Below the pieces are notes generated by a model, which made no database searches, was not told where the DNA came from, and worked only from the letters and a program-made list of their open reading frames with translations. DNA of 64,000 nt from Lama guanicoe. Its lineage: Eukaryota. This document shows, in pieces, positions 50,790-62,803 of this stretch. Where the stretch lies: the NCBI GenBank assembly GCA_013239625.1, contig MU054323.1, positions 5,879,220 through 5,943,219 of the forward strand. The letters run 5' to 3'. Positions within the stretch are counted from its first letter, which is position 1, and every line of letters begins with the position of its first letter. The position numbers were made by a program, and so were the translations under genes.

Positions 50790-51404
50790 AGCACACACAC
50801 AGGGAGGCAGTTCCCCTTAGCAAATGGGGGTGGGGTGGGCACACACAGCAATTCACTCTTGCTGCAAAACCTCGTTTGGCACCTGGGCTAGAAATAGCTT
50901 ATCTGCAAAACCTCAGAGTTTATTTTTGTGTCCAAGTTTGATTTTCCAAGTGACCTGTCTCCTTCCTTCCCTTGCACCTGCCCCGGAGGCCAGGGCTGCC
51001 GGGAACAGTTGTGAGTCTGTGCCCTACAGGAGGGCATCTGGCTCGGGGAGCATGGGAGCTGACACCCAGCCCAGGCTCTGCAAGCTTTTCTGTGCCCTGT
51101 GAGTGCTCAGAGGGAGGAGAGCAGAAATGCTGAATAGAGTGGTAGTGGCCCTGCCAGAGTCGTGCTCGGGGAGAGCATCACACACACTTTTGTCCAGTGA
51201 CCGTTTAAGGACGCTCCTGAATATGTGGGCTCCTGTCTCTTACTGATGATCTCATATATTTGCAGGTCACTCAGAAGAACTTTTAAGCTTTTGTCTTCTA
51301 ATCATAAATTCTCCCTTTCTCATGCAACATGACAGATAGAGTTAGAAGCACTAGGGCTGTAGGAGGAATACTCCCAGCACATAGTAAAACGAAATGGTAT
51401 TCCC

Positions 51405-52010
51405 TAACACAGTCATTCATTCAAGCACTTGTTGGCAGCTACATTGTATATTGTTCTAGGTCTGAGATCCAGAGAGGTCTGACAAAAGCCAGTCCTCAAG
51501 GAGCTGGCAGTCCAGGAGGGAGACCAGCAAGCAAATACATTCTTATAATACATTGTAATAAATGCAACAATAGGAGATTACAGAATGTGCTCTGGATGAA
51601 CTCATTCACTCAACAAATATTTCTTGAGCACCTGCTCTATGCCAGGCATTATTCCAGGCACTGGAGATACAGCAGTGACCATGAGACCAAATCCCTGAAC
51701 CAGAGCTCACATGTGAGGCCATGAGAGCTCTCAGCAACTCACTTAGTTTGGTCAAAACCACAGGCTTCCAAAAAGAGGAAACTTCAAGCTGGAAAGTAGC
51801 ATGTGTGTATCTGTCTGTCTGTGTATGTGTGTGTGTGCAGGCAACAGGAACAACTTGTGCAAAAGCCTGAAGATATGCAAGGACAGGAGAGCTCAGACCA
51901 TAACTGCTAAGGGAGACCTAAGCGTTGGGAGATGTGGCTGGAAAGGTAATTGGGTCTCAGCTGTGATGGGCATTGAGTGCAACGCTAAGCCTCCAGAACC
52001 CACCCTCTTG
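51405..52010 (-). mobile_element. L2 fragments (two 3' tails)
   Basis: cattcattcaagcacttgttggcagctac and ctcattcactcaacaaatatttcttgagcacctgctctatgccaggcattattccaggcactggagatacagcagtg. Confidence 0.75.
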
Positions 52011-52284
52011 GATAATGGGAACAGAGCTGAGGGCTCACGGAGCACCGGTCTGAGACCACTCTCACAGCCAGGCTCCCCGTGCACTCCCTGAGCCCCAGAG
52101 ACTCTAGCAGCCTCTTGCTCTGGGCAGCCGCTGCCCCAACCCCACTTCGTTAGAATGTCCAAGGTTAAGATCGTATGACTTACTTTACCTCCTCCTATGA
52201 CCCAGTGCTTTTAGTTCTCAGAGTAAATACTTCCACATAATTTCATCTACTTGGTCAAGAAGGAGACCCTAGGAAGGAAACAGA

Positions 52285-52450
52285 GGGGGATTATTGCTGC
52301 CATTAATTATACCAAACAACATGCTGAGGTCCAGAGAGGGCCAGTGTCTTGCCTGAGGTCACACAGCCCATCAGAGCAGGTGGGAACTAGAGTCCTTGTT
52401 TCCTGATTACCAATCCAGAGCCCCTGTGGCCTCCGTGTCAACTGCCACTC
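52285..52450 (-). mobile_element. MIR SINE fragment
   Basis: gctgaggtccagagagggccagtgtcttgcctgaggtcacacagc. Confidence 0.65.
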
Positions 52451-53435
52451 CTTCAGTTGATGCCTCGGAGCCCTGAGTGTCAGTCTGCACCTGCCTGTCT
52501 TCCGCAAACGTTAGTTGAGCGCCTACCGTGTGTCAAGCCCAGCTCTGAGTGGCCATCCTCTGGGCTTCAATGTAGCACCACCCGCACCCAGGAGGGAAAC
52601 TGGAAGAATCACATCTGGGTTGTCCTTCCTTCCACCCACCGTGACCCAAGAGGCCGACGGACCTCAGGCAGCCAGGCCCGGGCTGTCACCCACCTGTGCC
52701 AAGTTGAACAGAGACCTTTGCCACCGGGAGACCACGCCATTCACTCCTGCATCCTCTCATCCAGGCCACTCGGAGGCGCATTAATTACAGCTGCTGATAC
52801 ATGTTTTCACTCCTACTTGTAAGGGAGCTGGAAGCTAAAAGAATGGGGGAGACTTAAGCCTCGTTCAGGGGGCTGGAGCTTCCCCGTGTGAGACAGATGC
52901 AGCCTAGCAACCCTCTCGGGCCCTTCTTTTGATTTGTAGCAACTCATTTAGATAAAAGCATCTGGTTCGTGAGGTAGCAACAACACCACAAAATCATTAA
53001 AAGCATATTTCTGCTTTCACTAAGTAACCTAGTAACAGCGCAGCAGGTAGCAATTAACCCGGCCCCCTCCTCCAGGTACACAGGCAGGTGCTGAACGTGG
53101 GAAATGAAAGTCAGACTATGGAGAGGGCCTATCGTCCAGGGTCCCTTCTCAGATCAGCGCTGAGTCTCACAGATGTGCATGAGGCCGCCCCACCCGTCAG
53201 CCAGAGAGTCTCGCCCTCCCATTAGTGCGGACAGGAGGCACCCTCCCTCTCCAACCCAGAATAAACAGTGCAATGATTTATTTAGCACCAGTTCAAGGCT
53301 TTCTAAAACACACTCGGAGTGCTCTGCATCTTGAGCAGGTGAGCACAGAGCTGCACCGCTGGCTTTGTGACTCAGATAAAGTAAGTCTGACCCCGGACCA
53401 GGTAGCCAAACTCGCCTCCCGTGACCTCCACTCCA

Positions 53436-53500
53436 ACACACGCGCACATGAGTGCACACGCACGCACACACACGCGCGCACACACATGCACACACACACA
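53436..53500. repeat. (CA/CG)n microsatellite
   Basis: Directly visible, nearly uninterrupted purine-pyrimidine alternation. Confidence 0.9.
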
Positions 53501-54409
53501 GCCTCCGCTCCCATCTAGACAGACCCGGTGCTCCTCACTGACCCTGCTCGTGTGCGTCACACCTCTGGGCATTTGTCCTACTAAGCCTGCCTCTCCTGTC
53601 CCTATGCATCTCCTGGCAAAGTGCTCCCAGGTCACCCACCCCTGGGAATTTTCTCTTCTCTGACTTCCTGATGCTGTTACTCTCCCCAGCACCCATCCGG
53701 TTCTTTTTTGGGTCAAGTGCAGTCCTTTCACTGTCCGCGGTGCTGAAGGCTCATCCCGGGCCCCTGTGAGCTCAGAGCTGAGCACATATTAACACTGTAA
53801 AGGAACTGATCATGGGAAGTCAACTCACATGGCCTCCAGTGTGGCTTCTGGTTCCCCAGGCCCTCTGTTTCCCTGCTGTCACTGAACACTCTCACCTGAC
53901 ACCTGGCTGTTTTCTTGTCTGCCTTGGGAGACAGCTAGGAGTCTGCTAAGGGCAAGGGCTGTGTCTCAGTCACTGGGTCCCTCCCCAAAGCCTGGCACAA
54001 AGAAGGCCCTGGAACACATGGGATGAGTAAGTGACCTGTGTGCCTCAGAAGCATCTCATTTAACCTGCCTCACCTGTGTGTGCTCAGGGCCCTGCCACAC
54101 GCATCAGAGCAGCTCACAGCCGCCTACTGTAGGGCAGTGAGGGCAGTGCACTGGCCCAGCCCTTCTGAGGCCACCACCCCTGGGGACACCACGCACCCAG
54201 GCCAGAGCTCTCCTTTCTGCTCTTCCGAGCACTGTCCCCAGACCAGGAGGAAGACAGGCTCCCTGAATCCTGCTGGAAACCAGGCTCTCAATATTCTTAC
54301 TTTAACATTTAAAACTGTTTTGGACAGGTGCGTCTCATGTTCAGAGGGGCCTCACAGCCTTCACTCATTTGTTCATCATTCATTCATTCATTCATCTGGG
54401 GAATGTTTA

Positions 54410-54645
54410 CAGTGAGCAGCATAGTGTAGGTCAGGAGCACAGACGGTGGAACCAGCCCTGCCCTTTACCAGCCGGGTGACTTCCGGCACACTGTTGAATC
54501 TCTCATGCCTCAATTTCTTCACCTGCAAAATAAGGATTATAACTATACCTCCCTCACAAGGTGGTTACAGGATTTAGTTAACATAAGGCAGCACCGAGAG
54601 CAGTGCACGAAACATAGTCCAGTACAAGGGTGTGCTATTATTATC
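54410..54645 (+). mobile_element. MIR SINE
   Basis: gcagcatagtgtaggtcaggagcacagac...tgcctcaatttcttcacctgcaaaataaggattataac. Confidence 0.8.
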
Positions 54646-55549
54646 CTAAGGGCTAGGACCCCAGCCAAGACATGGACTTAAATCATGCTGTCCTCAGGAC
54701 CAAATGCACCTCCAAGGAAGGTGTCGGTGTGCCCACCCCCTGCACCCCTCCTTCATGCCAGTCACCCGGTGGCCTCTGCTTGCTGAACACATCCAGTCAG
54801 CAGGGGACTTCGGCTCCCAGTGAGGCAGCCCTCCTCAACCCACAGGAATCCCAAACAGCCACTGGGCTGCAAACTGATTCTCTGCAGACAACGGCAGAAG
54901 GTCCAGGGGCCCCTCCTTACTTCTGGTGGGGAATCTCCCAGCACCCATCACAGCCCCGCACTTCCTCACCCCCGAAGAGGACTTGAACTCCTGCTCAGCC
55001 CACAGCTGCCCCAAACTGTGGATGAATGACCATCAGAGACTTTGGGGCTTGTACCACCCAGGGCTGCCACTGGCCGGCTTTGGGACCTGGAAGCATGTCC
55101 CTGCCTCCTCTTTGGATCTCAGTTTCTTTATCTGTGTTATGAGGGGAGTGGATTCATGATTGATCCCCAAGGGGCCAGCCAGGCTCTGTCCGGAGGAGTG
55201 ACACTCTGGATGTGGCCACATGGGGGCTTCTGGGACAACACCCCAGTTAGCACTGTGGCTTCAGAAGGTATGTCAGCATGTCCTTGGGGCATCTGTCATT
55301 AACAATTATGAAGCCATTATCTGGTAAATAATTCATAACCCAAGAGATGGGATAAGCCACCAATAAACAATAATCCGTTTAGAACGAGGCTTGGCGGGGG
55401 CAGTGCAGCAACGGGGATGCCACTCCATCCTCACCACTGGGGTCCTGCTAAGAGCCCGGCTCGGGCCTTGCCTCTCTGAAGCCCTCTCTCCCCACCCAAA
55501 GGCATCACCCACTCCCCTAGCCCAGCAGGATTTAGTCTCTGGAGTAACA

Positions 55550-55790
55550 GGGATAGGTATTGAGTGTTGACAGTGGGCCGGGGCTCTGCTAAAGGATTTC
55601 CGTGTGCTCTCTCCCCGAATTCTCCCACCAACCCTATGGACGGGGGCACTGTTATTGTCCACCTTTACAGAGAAGTAAACCAAGGTCCAGAGAGGCTGAA
55701 TAACTTACCCCAGGTCAGTGTGACTTGGGAGCTCTGCCTCCGCCCCAGCGTGTCCCACACTCTCTTCTGCCATGAGTTTTAACCTCTCAC
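55550..55790 (-). mobile_element. MIR SINE
   Basis: ttattgtccacctttacagagaagtaaaccaaggtccagagaggctgaataacttaccccaggtca. Confidence 0.75.
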
Positions 55791-56080
55791 TTGTCTGGCC
55801 TTGGTCTCCGTGTGACCTAGACTCGGAGCCCGGGAGGCCTGTGCTCCCCTTCTGTCTCCCTCACCCAGGGCAGGGCCCCGGAGGTGTCTCCTAGGGCCTG
55901 CAGACCACAGCCTCACCGGCCGGCTGGCTGGTTAGTGATGCCGTTAGGCTTCTTAGTGGTGTTTGGAGGCCAAACCAAGGCCCCTGGGGCGTGGAGTGGG
56001 AGGGGTGTCTTCAGGACACTGTCTGAACGCCCCGTCTTCTCAGGGGCCTGGCGCACTTCCCCGTATCAGGGAGGTGCTGC

Positions 56081-56124
56081 AGCCTTCTGGCCACGTTCCT
56101 GTAGCCTTCTGGCCACGTTCCTGT
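56081..56124 (+). repeat. Perfect 22-bp tandem duplication
   Basis: agccttctggccacgttcctgt x2. Confidence 0.95.
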
Positions 56125-56867
56125 GGAGACCTCTGTCCTGGGGAAGGAGTTCTGCGCCCAGATGGTGTGAACAGGACTGCGTGGGTTGGTTTGTGTTTAG
56201 TGTCTGGTTGGCTCTGCCAAGAGCTGCTCCTCTCCCGCCCACTCTGTCACCGTACCAGCTAGGGCAGCTGCTCGCCCTCTGTCTGCAGGACCATTTCAAA
56301 GACCTGCCCAGAGGCCCTCAGTCACGGAGGGACCCCAAGGAAGAGGAGGGGAGAGCTCTCTCACTGCTAAGAAGGTCCATTCTTGGCCCTCCCCTGGGTG
56401 GGGCGCATCAGCACCCACACGCCAGCCTCCCCAAGGCCTGCTGTCGGGAACGATCTCGGGCGCACTTCTCAGACCACAGAGCCACCCTGAGTTGGGAGCT
56501 GTGAGGAACAGGGTGGAGTTGCTGGATGCTTGGCCCTGTAATGGTCACATCTGGAACGTGGCACAGACCTTGCGGCCAGCCCCTGTGGTGGAGGAAGCCA
56601 CAGCGGTTCCCCACGCGTGCTCATTTCTCAATAACTGTGGTAACCAGCCCCGGGGGAGGCCCCTTTTAGCCTTCTGACCTCTCCTACTCTAGAATGGGTG
56701 GTCAGGACTGGGAGACACCAAGGCCAGGAGAATGGGCCCCTTGCTGCTTTCTAGAACAGCTTGAAACAGACAGAAACTCCGCATCTCCTTTGAGAAGGAT
56801 TTCCCGAAGGAGGCACCAGTCCTGCCCTGCTGGTCAGACCCCTGCACTGACACACGTCCCCAGGCCC

Positions 56868-57830
56868 CTTCCTGAACAACCTTGTACCCAGAAATGCGGG
56901 ATCCACCCCGGGGCATCTCCTGCCTTTGGCCAATGATCTCAGCACGTTGTTCAGCATGGGACCGAATTGTGCGGACGGAGGAGGGCAGACCAGGGTGCAC
57001 AGCTGCCGTCCTGGGCACAGTGATGCTCTGGCAGGTCTTGGCCCCGGTCCCGTGTCAGCACACAGATGCTGTGAACTGACCCAGCCTCTCTCACGGGCCT
57101 TGGAGAGCTCTTGGCAGAACTGGCTGTAATTCCCCAGTGTGGGGATTACCAGAACCGAGGGTGCCGACCTGGCACCTGTGGGTGGGGAAGAGGGGCTCCA
57201 GCCCTCCCTCTTTGGATGCCTGACGGGGCGGGAGCTGTGCCCAGGGCCCAGCCAGAGAAAAGCAGGAAGCTTTCTATTCTGTTTGTTTTCACCTCACTGA
57301 GTTCAGAAAGGACTGAAGGTGACTTAAAAGGATACTGTAAGACAAAGTAAACCCAAAGCAGGAGAGAGACAAACAAGTGTAGGGGCGGGAAGTGGCACAG
57401 GGCATGCTGCCTCGGGGAAGCCACACCTGGGAAGTCCCCACGTCTGCTAGAGGTGGGTCACAGATTTACCTCCAGGCTTGGCAGTGCCTTTTTTTTTTTA
57501 TTTTATTTTTTATTGAAGTGTAGTTGATTTACAATGTTAATTTCAGGTGTACAGTAAAGCGATTCAGTTATACATATGCATGCATAGATGTCTTTTCAGA
57601 ACTTTCCATTATATGTTATTGTAAGAAATTGAACATGGTTCCCTGTGCTATACAGTAGGTCCTTGTGTACACATAGTAATGTGTATCTGTTAATCCCAAA
57701 CTCCTGATTTATCCCTCCCTCGCCGTTTCCCCTTGGGTAACCATAGTTTGTTTTCTATGTCCCTGAGTCTGTTTTGGGTTTGTAAATACAATTTGTATTG
57801 GCAGTGCCTTTGACCTTGCCTCCTGTTGGA
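56868..57830 (-). repeat. Inverted duplication, right arm (interrupted by L1 at 57492-57797)
   Basis: Reverse complement of 50133-50789; homology resumes after the L1 insert. Confidence 0.97.
57492..57797 (-). mobile_element. Short 5'-truncated lineage-specific L1 3' end with TSD
   Basis: Poly-T head, tattgaagtgtagttgatttacaatgt...gttccctgtgctatacagtaggtcc; 14-bp TSD TTGGCAGTGCCTTT at 57478-57491 and 57798-57811. Confidence 0.95.
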
Positions 57831-58369
57831 TGGGGATGCCAGTGACTAATGTGAGACATCTACCTCTTGCTTATCCCAAAAGGAGAGGCACATCCCCTTG
57901 TTCCATGGGGCTGGTACTTTCTCCCGCTCCAGCAGCTTCAATCTGAGACCCCGCAGGAAGCTCTCTCTTCCAGGCTGGCTCTTCCAGCTCATCGGGATGA
58001 GACTTCCTGTGCCATTGAAGACAGACTGACAGAAAACAAAACTATCATTTAAGGAGGGGGCATTGTCAGCCCCAGCAGTCAAAGGAGTGAGAGAAATCTG
58101 CTTTTTTCACAAGGCAGAGAGCGTGGCATTTCCGTGGGCTGTGACAGCACGTACAACCTTCCGACAGCCCCTGAGGAACGCTGCTCTATTACGCGTGTGC
58201 TCACGTGTAATTTGTCCTCCTGCTCTCGGTGATGGGGTGCTTCGGGGCTGCTGAGCGATGTGCCGCAGAGGAGGAGCGGACACCTGCTGGGTCTGCTCTG
58301 GTCCTTCTCCCCCTGCTCCAGGGAGCCCCGGCGATGATCAGCCCTGACACGGGAACCTGCTCCCACAGA

Positions 58370-58540
58370 TCTCCAGGGAAGGAAATTCCATCAGCTCCCA
58401 GAGTCCCCGTTCCGGTGGCTCCTACTGTAGGCTTTTCTTCTATCTGACCTAAATCTCCCTTGTTGAAATTTAAGCCCATTTTCCCTTGTTTTGTTTTGAG
58501 TGGAAGTGGAGAAGAGATGGTCCCCAGCAGCCTCCTAAAG
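58370..58540 (-). mobile_element. CR1/L3 LINE fragment
   Basis: ttttcttctatctgacctaaatctcccttgttgaaatttaagcccattttcccttgttttg resembles antisense L3/CR1. Confidence 0.65.
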
Positions 58541-60499
58541 CAGGGTGGGTCAGAAGTCCTTTGTACCTCCTGCCACGCAGGAGCATTCTCAGAAACCGGC
58601 TCTGTTGAATCCTCCTCTGAAGTCTCAGAACAGCTTGCACATTGAGGCAGGAGACCATTCTCCATCCCGGGGGAGCCCTGGTGGTGGCAGAGGCCCCCCC
58701 GCCCCATGCACAATGCTGAGGTAGCCCCTGAGGATGCTGAGTAAGCCGGGGGAGAAGCCGGGAGAGATGGGCGTGTGAGTGGATCAGCCCCACACGGTGC
58801 AAAGGGCAAGGATGGAATCTGGCCAGGAGCTGGGGGAGCTTCCAGAAGGGAGTGACACCCACCCACCCACCTTGAATCCCAAGGGAGGGAGGGAGTCAGC
58901 CAGGATGAAAAGGACAGGCTTTCAGGCGGATACCAGAAGGATTCCCTTTCCTACAGGTCCCTGGTTTGGGTTTGAAAACATAGTTCACTTAGTTATAGTC
59001 CTCTTTACTCTGGAGCTTGAGCAGATTTTTTCCAGCCTGCCTCAGCTGGTGGTGTATCAGGAGTTCCACATCCTCACAGGGTCCTTCCCTTTTTAGTGAG
59101 CATACATGTTGGGGGAAGCCACCCTGGGCAAGGGCGTGAATCCAGACACGGATATTCGGGGGTGGGGAGGGGGACTGTTGGCCTCTTGATCTCCTAGATC
59201 TCTAGGTTTCTGTCTCTTTTTTGTGCCTTTTTACTTCTGGGAACAAATAACCCCCACTTGTTTTAGCTAATTTGTAGGCTATTGAAGCCAGTTCCTGGAA
59301 GAGTTGGGTTCATAGTAAAAATAAATAAATAAAAATTTTAAATTTGATTGGAAAGCAGTAGACCACAGCTAAGTTCTGAGTTCAAAAAGCCATAGCACTG
59401 AGTGTCCCTGACAGCACTCAGGCAGGACGCAGTGCATGCAAGAGACGAATTTTTATTTTTCCTAGGCCAACAGAATTAAACCTTCCCAATCTGTCAGGTA
59501 AATGGAGAGAGACCGAATCCCTTTTTCCTAAGCAGTTATCTAACTACAATGTTGAGACGTAAACAAGATCATTTGACTTTTTTTTCCCCATTGCCGGGGC
59601 CGAAGCCCCCCTCCAAACTACTTGGCCTCAACACAACAGGACAGAAAAAAAAAAAGCTGCATTGATTGGATTTGAATAATGGAATTGCCATTAATATCTT
59701 CCATAGAAGATGATTGACTCTGACTTGGATTTATGGGAAGTTGGGGCTTGTAAAAGTAAACAGAGTGGGAGTCGTTCAATATTAATGCACCCACCCCTCC
59801 TCAGGGCTGGTTAAATGCATGGGCTCCTGGCCAGAGCCCCCCAGGCCAGTGGCCGGGTCATGGGGGCCTCTGGAGGATGCGGAGGGCAGCCTGCGCCCAG
59901 TCCGGTTCTCAGCTGTGCCAGTCTAGGGAGCCAGGCGGCACCCTACCCTTCTTTCCTTCACAGTAGGTTCTAATGTGAAAATCCCTTTTTTGTCAAGAGG
60001 TTGTGGGTGAGACCAGCAGCACTCACCTCTGCTGTGTAGAAGCCCACTGCTCCTAACAGGACCAAGGACCCCGATGACCCAGAAAGTCGCTCCCTCTCCC
60101 GGCACCCACTAAGAGCCCCCACCCTCTGTGGGCGAGCTCCCAGCCCCTCTGCAGGTGGCATGGCTTGTGAGCCATGGCAGCCTCTGGCTCTGCTGCTCTT
60201 GAGCCCAGAGCCCCGATGGACAGACCTTCAGCAGAGGGCGTGTGGGCTCAGGCTTTCAGAAGGAGTTTTTCCAGTGACTCTACTCCTGCCCAGGAAGATG
60301 TGGTGAGGCCCAGGTCCTCCAGGGCCGTAAGTGGCTGAGGGCTCTTCCCAGAAGAGCTGATGTTTGAGGGGTTGGGGGATGTCAGTCACATCAGGGTGCT
60401 GGTAGCTCCCACTCATGCCAGCATTCCACCCGGCCGGGCCATCAGCTCCACTCCTGGTCCTCTCGCTCAGGTAGCTGCCTCTGTGATCCCCACCAAGCG

Positions 60500-61190
60500 G
60501 TTTGAAAGCCTTATCACCGTCTTCCAGCCCTCTCAGTGCTACTGATCTCCTGTCCCTCCGCTATAAACCAGCAACCCCCAGACCTGTCCCCAGGGTCTGT
60601 ACATGTCCCCCTGCCCTCCGCAGGATGGCCCTCGGGAGCCACAGGACCTCACAGGCTTCATCTTCTTTCCTCCAGCCCACTGCTCTTCCCGTGCTCCCCA
60701 CCTCTGGGAATGGCCACACCGCCCACCCAGGCCCCAAGTCGGAAGTGTGGGCGTGCCCCGAGGCCTCTCCTCTGTCACCCGGCACCCCCACATCCCAGGC
60801 TCTCAGCTCTGTCTCCTACCCTCTCCCCACCCATCCTTCCTCTCTGTCCCCACTGCTCTTGACTTGGCTCTGCAGCTCCTCACCACTTCTAACCTGCACG
60901 ACCACCGTGGTCTCCTGCCACAGTCTTCTCCCTCCCTCCCTCCTTGTCCCCTTCTAGTTCCTGCACAGTGGCCTCCAGAGTGACCTCTCCAGGGCACCAA
61001 CCACACTGCCAGTCTCCCCAGCCCCTGTAGGATGAGATCCAGACATCTGCCCACGTTCCCTGTGCTGGCAGCATCTGTGATTACACTCTGGTACTCTGTC
61101 CCATGCTGGCTTTTCCATGCTGCTTCCTCCACTTGGAATGCCATTCCCATCACCCTCTCTGGACTTGCCCACCTGGGTTTCCTCCCAAGG
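60500..61190 (+). mobile_element. L2 internal fragment
   Basis: Pyrimidine-rich L2 motifs (ctgggaatggccacaccgcccacccagg; ccatgctgcttcctccacttggaatgccattccc). Confidence 0.65.
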
Positions 61191-61279
61191 CAGGATCAGC
61201 CATTCTCTTTCTTTATTTTCACATAACATGCTGTTCATACCTTGAGTGCAGGGAAGGAAATGAACCTTTGAAGGCCTTC

Positions 61280-61830
61280 TGTATCAGACATGTTTGGGGC
61301 TGCCTGCTTTGCCCAGGCTGTCTTCTGGAAGCATCTGTGCTCACCCACAAACTCTGCTGCTGATAATGACCCCACCCCTCCAGCCTCGGTTTAACTGGAC
61401 CAGGGGCAGATTCCTGACTTCAAGGGTGCCCTTCCACTGGCTGGCCAGCAATGTGGGACTGATTGCTCCTGACTTTAAAAAGTTAACTAGACCAATAGGA
61501 TGTTTGTCCAGAGAACCAAAGAGAGTTCCATTTGGGGCTGGGCACCTTAGCCGAATGGTAATACAGATGTGAGACAGGAGTTCTGTACATGACGAGGTCC
61601 AGTCTCAAAGGCATTGACTTCGTGGGGGAAGGAAAGGGGAGATGATGGCCCAGGAGAAGCAGGACCTTGAGCAAGAGACAGAGCTCACTGTGGCTGGTCC
61701 CTGAAGCTCTTCCTGTTTCTGCTGGATCCCCCTGAAACCCCACCATAGTCTCCCAAGAGTCCTCCCATTCACATGAGCTGGTGTGGGTGGGTGGGTTCTC
61801 TGGGGTCCTAGAATGGCTTCTTTTGAATAC
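61280..61830 (+). mobile_element. Old MLT1-like LTR remnant
   Basis: aactggaccaggggcagattcctgac...aactagaccaataggatg...ggtccctgaagctc resemble old MLT1 motifs. Confidence 0.4.
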
Positions 61831-61834
61831 ATTG

Positions 61835-61965
61835 CAGTAATCCTGCCACGTAGGAATTATTGCCATTTTCGCAGATGAGTCCATTGAGGCTCAAACATAT
61901 TAGGTAACGTGCTCAAGGTCACAGAGTGAGGAAGCAACAGAGCTGAGATGTGAGCCAGTCTTTCT
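61835..61965 (-). mobile_element. MIR SINE fragment
   Basis: attattgccattttcgcagatgagtccattgaggctc...aaggtcacagag. Confidence 0.7.
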
Positions 61966-62305
61966 CACGTACAGCAGTGCCCCTTCCTCCGCACGGGCCA
62001 CCTCCTTGCAGTGTGTTCACGGTCCCCTTGTCTCCCACTCAGGGCTCTCAGCTGCTCAGAGACAAGAGCGGTGTCTCATGCGCCATGCTGCCGCAGTGCC
62101 CACCACGGGCTCAAGGACCATCCAGGCGTCAAGTGTCTGACGGATATAGTTTAATTTCCATGCAGCCCAGTAGAAAAAGCACTGGACTCTGAGCCCAAAA
62201 GCCAGAATTCAGGCTGTGCCTCTCTCCACGGTGGCTGTGCCATCTTGGGCAGGGCACGTTCATCCCTTGGTTGCCCTGCGACAATGGACATACTGGAAGG
62301 TGTCC

Positions 62306-62803
62306 CAGCAGACCTCGTGTTATTGTATTGTGCTCTGCTGCGCTTCACAGATACAGCATTTTTTACAAATCGAAGGTTTTTGGCAATCCTGTGTCGAACA
62401 AGTCTATCAGCACCATTTTTCCAACCCCATTTGCTCACTTCGTGTCTCTGTGTCACATATGGGTCATTCTCTCCAAGTTTCAACCTTTATCATTATCATT
62501 CTATCTGTCATGGTGATCTGTCATCAGTGATCTTTGACGTGCCTGTTGCAAAAAGATTACGACTCACTGGAGGCTCAGATGATGGTTAGCATTTTTTAAC
62601 CATAAAGGATTCTGCAACTCAGGTCTGCACCTTGCTGTTTTAGACGTAATGCTATTGCACATTTAACAGACTACAGTATAGCATAAACATAATTTTATAC
62701 TCACTGGGAAACCAAAAAAAACCTGTGTGACTCACTTTATTGAGATATTTACTTTATGGTGGTGGTCTGGAACCAAACCCAAAATATCTCCAAGGTATTC
62801 CTG
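62306..62803 (+). mobile_element. Internally deleted Tigger1 derivative (Tigger1a_Art-like)
   Basis: Tigger1 left end (ttttttacaaatcgaaggtttttggcaatcctgtgtcgaacaagtctatc) fused at ~62548 to the right end (caaaaagattacgactcactggaggctcagatgatgg...atatctccaaggtattcctg). Confidence 0.9.

Noticed and set aside
50214..57424. Twin ORFs MASPRQHALCHFPPL... (50214+ and 57424-) as a duplicated gene
   Set aside because: GTG starts, no recognisable domain, and the frames diverge after ~75 codons; they simply reflect the inverted duplication
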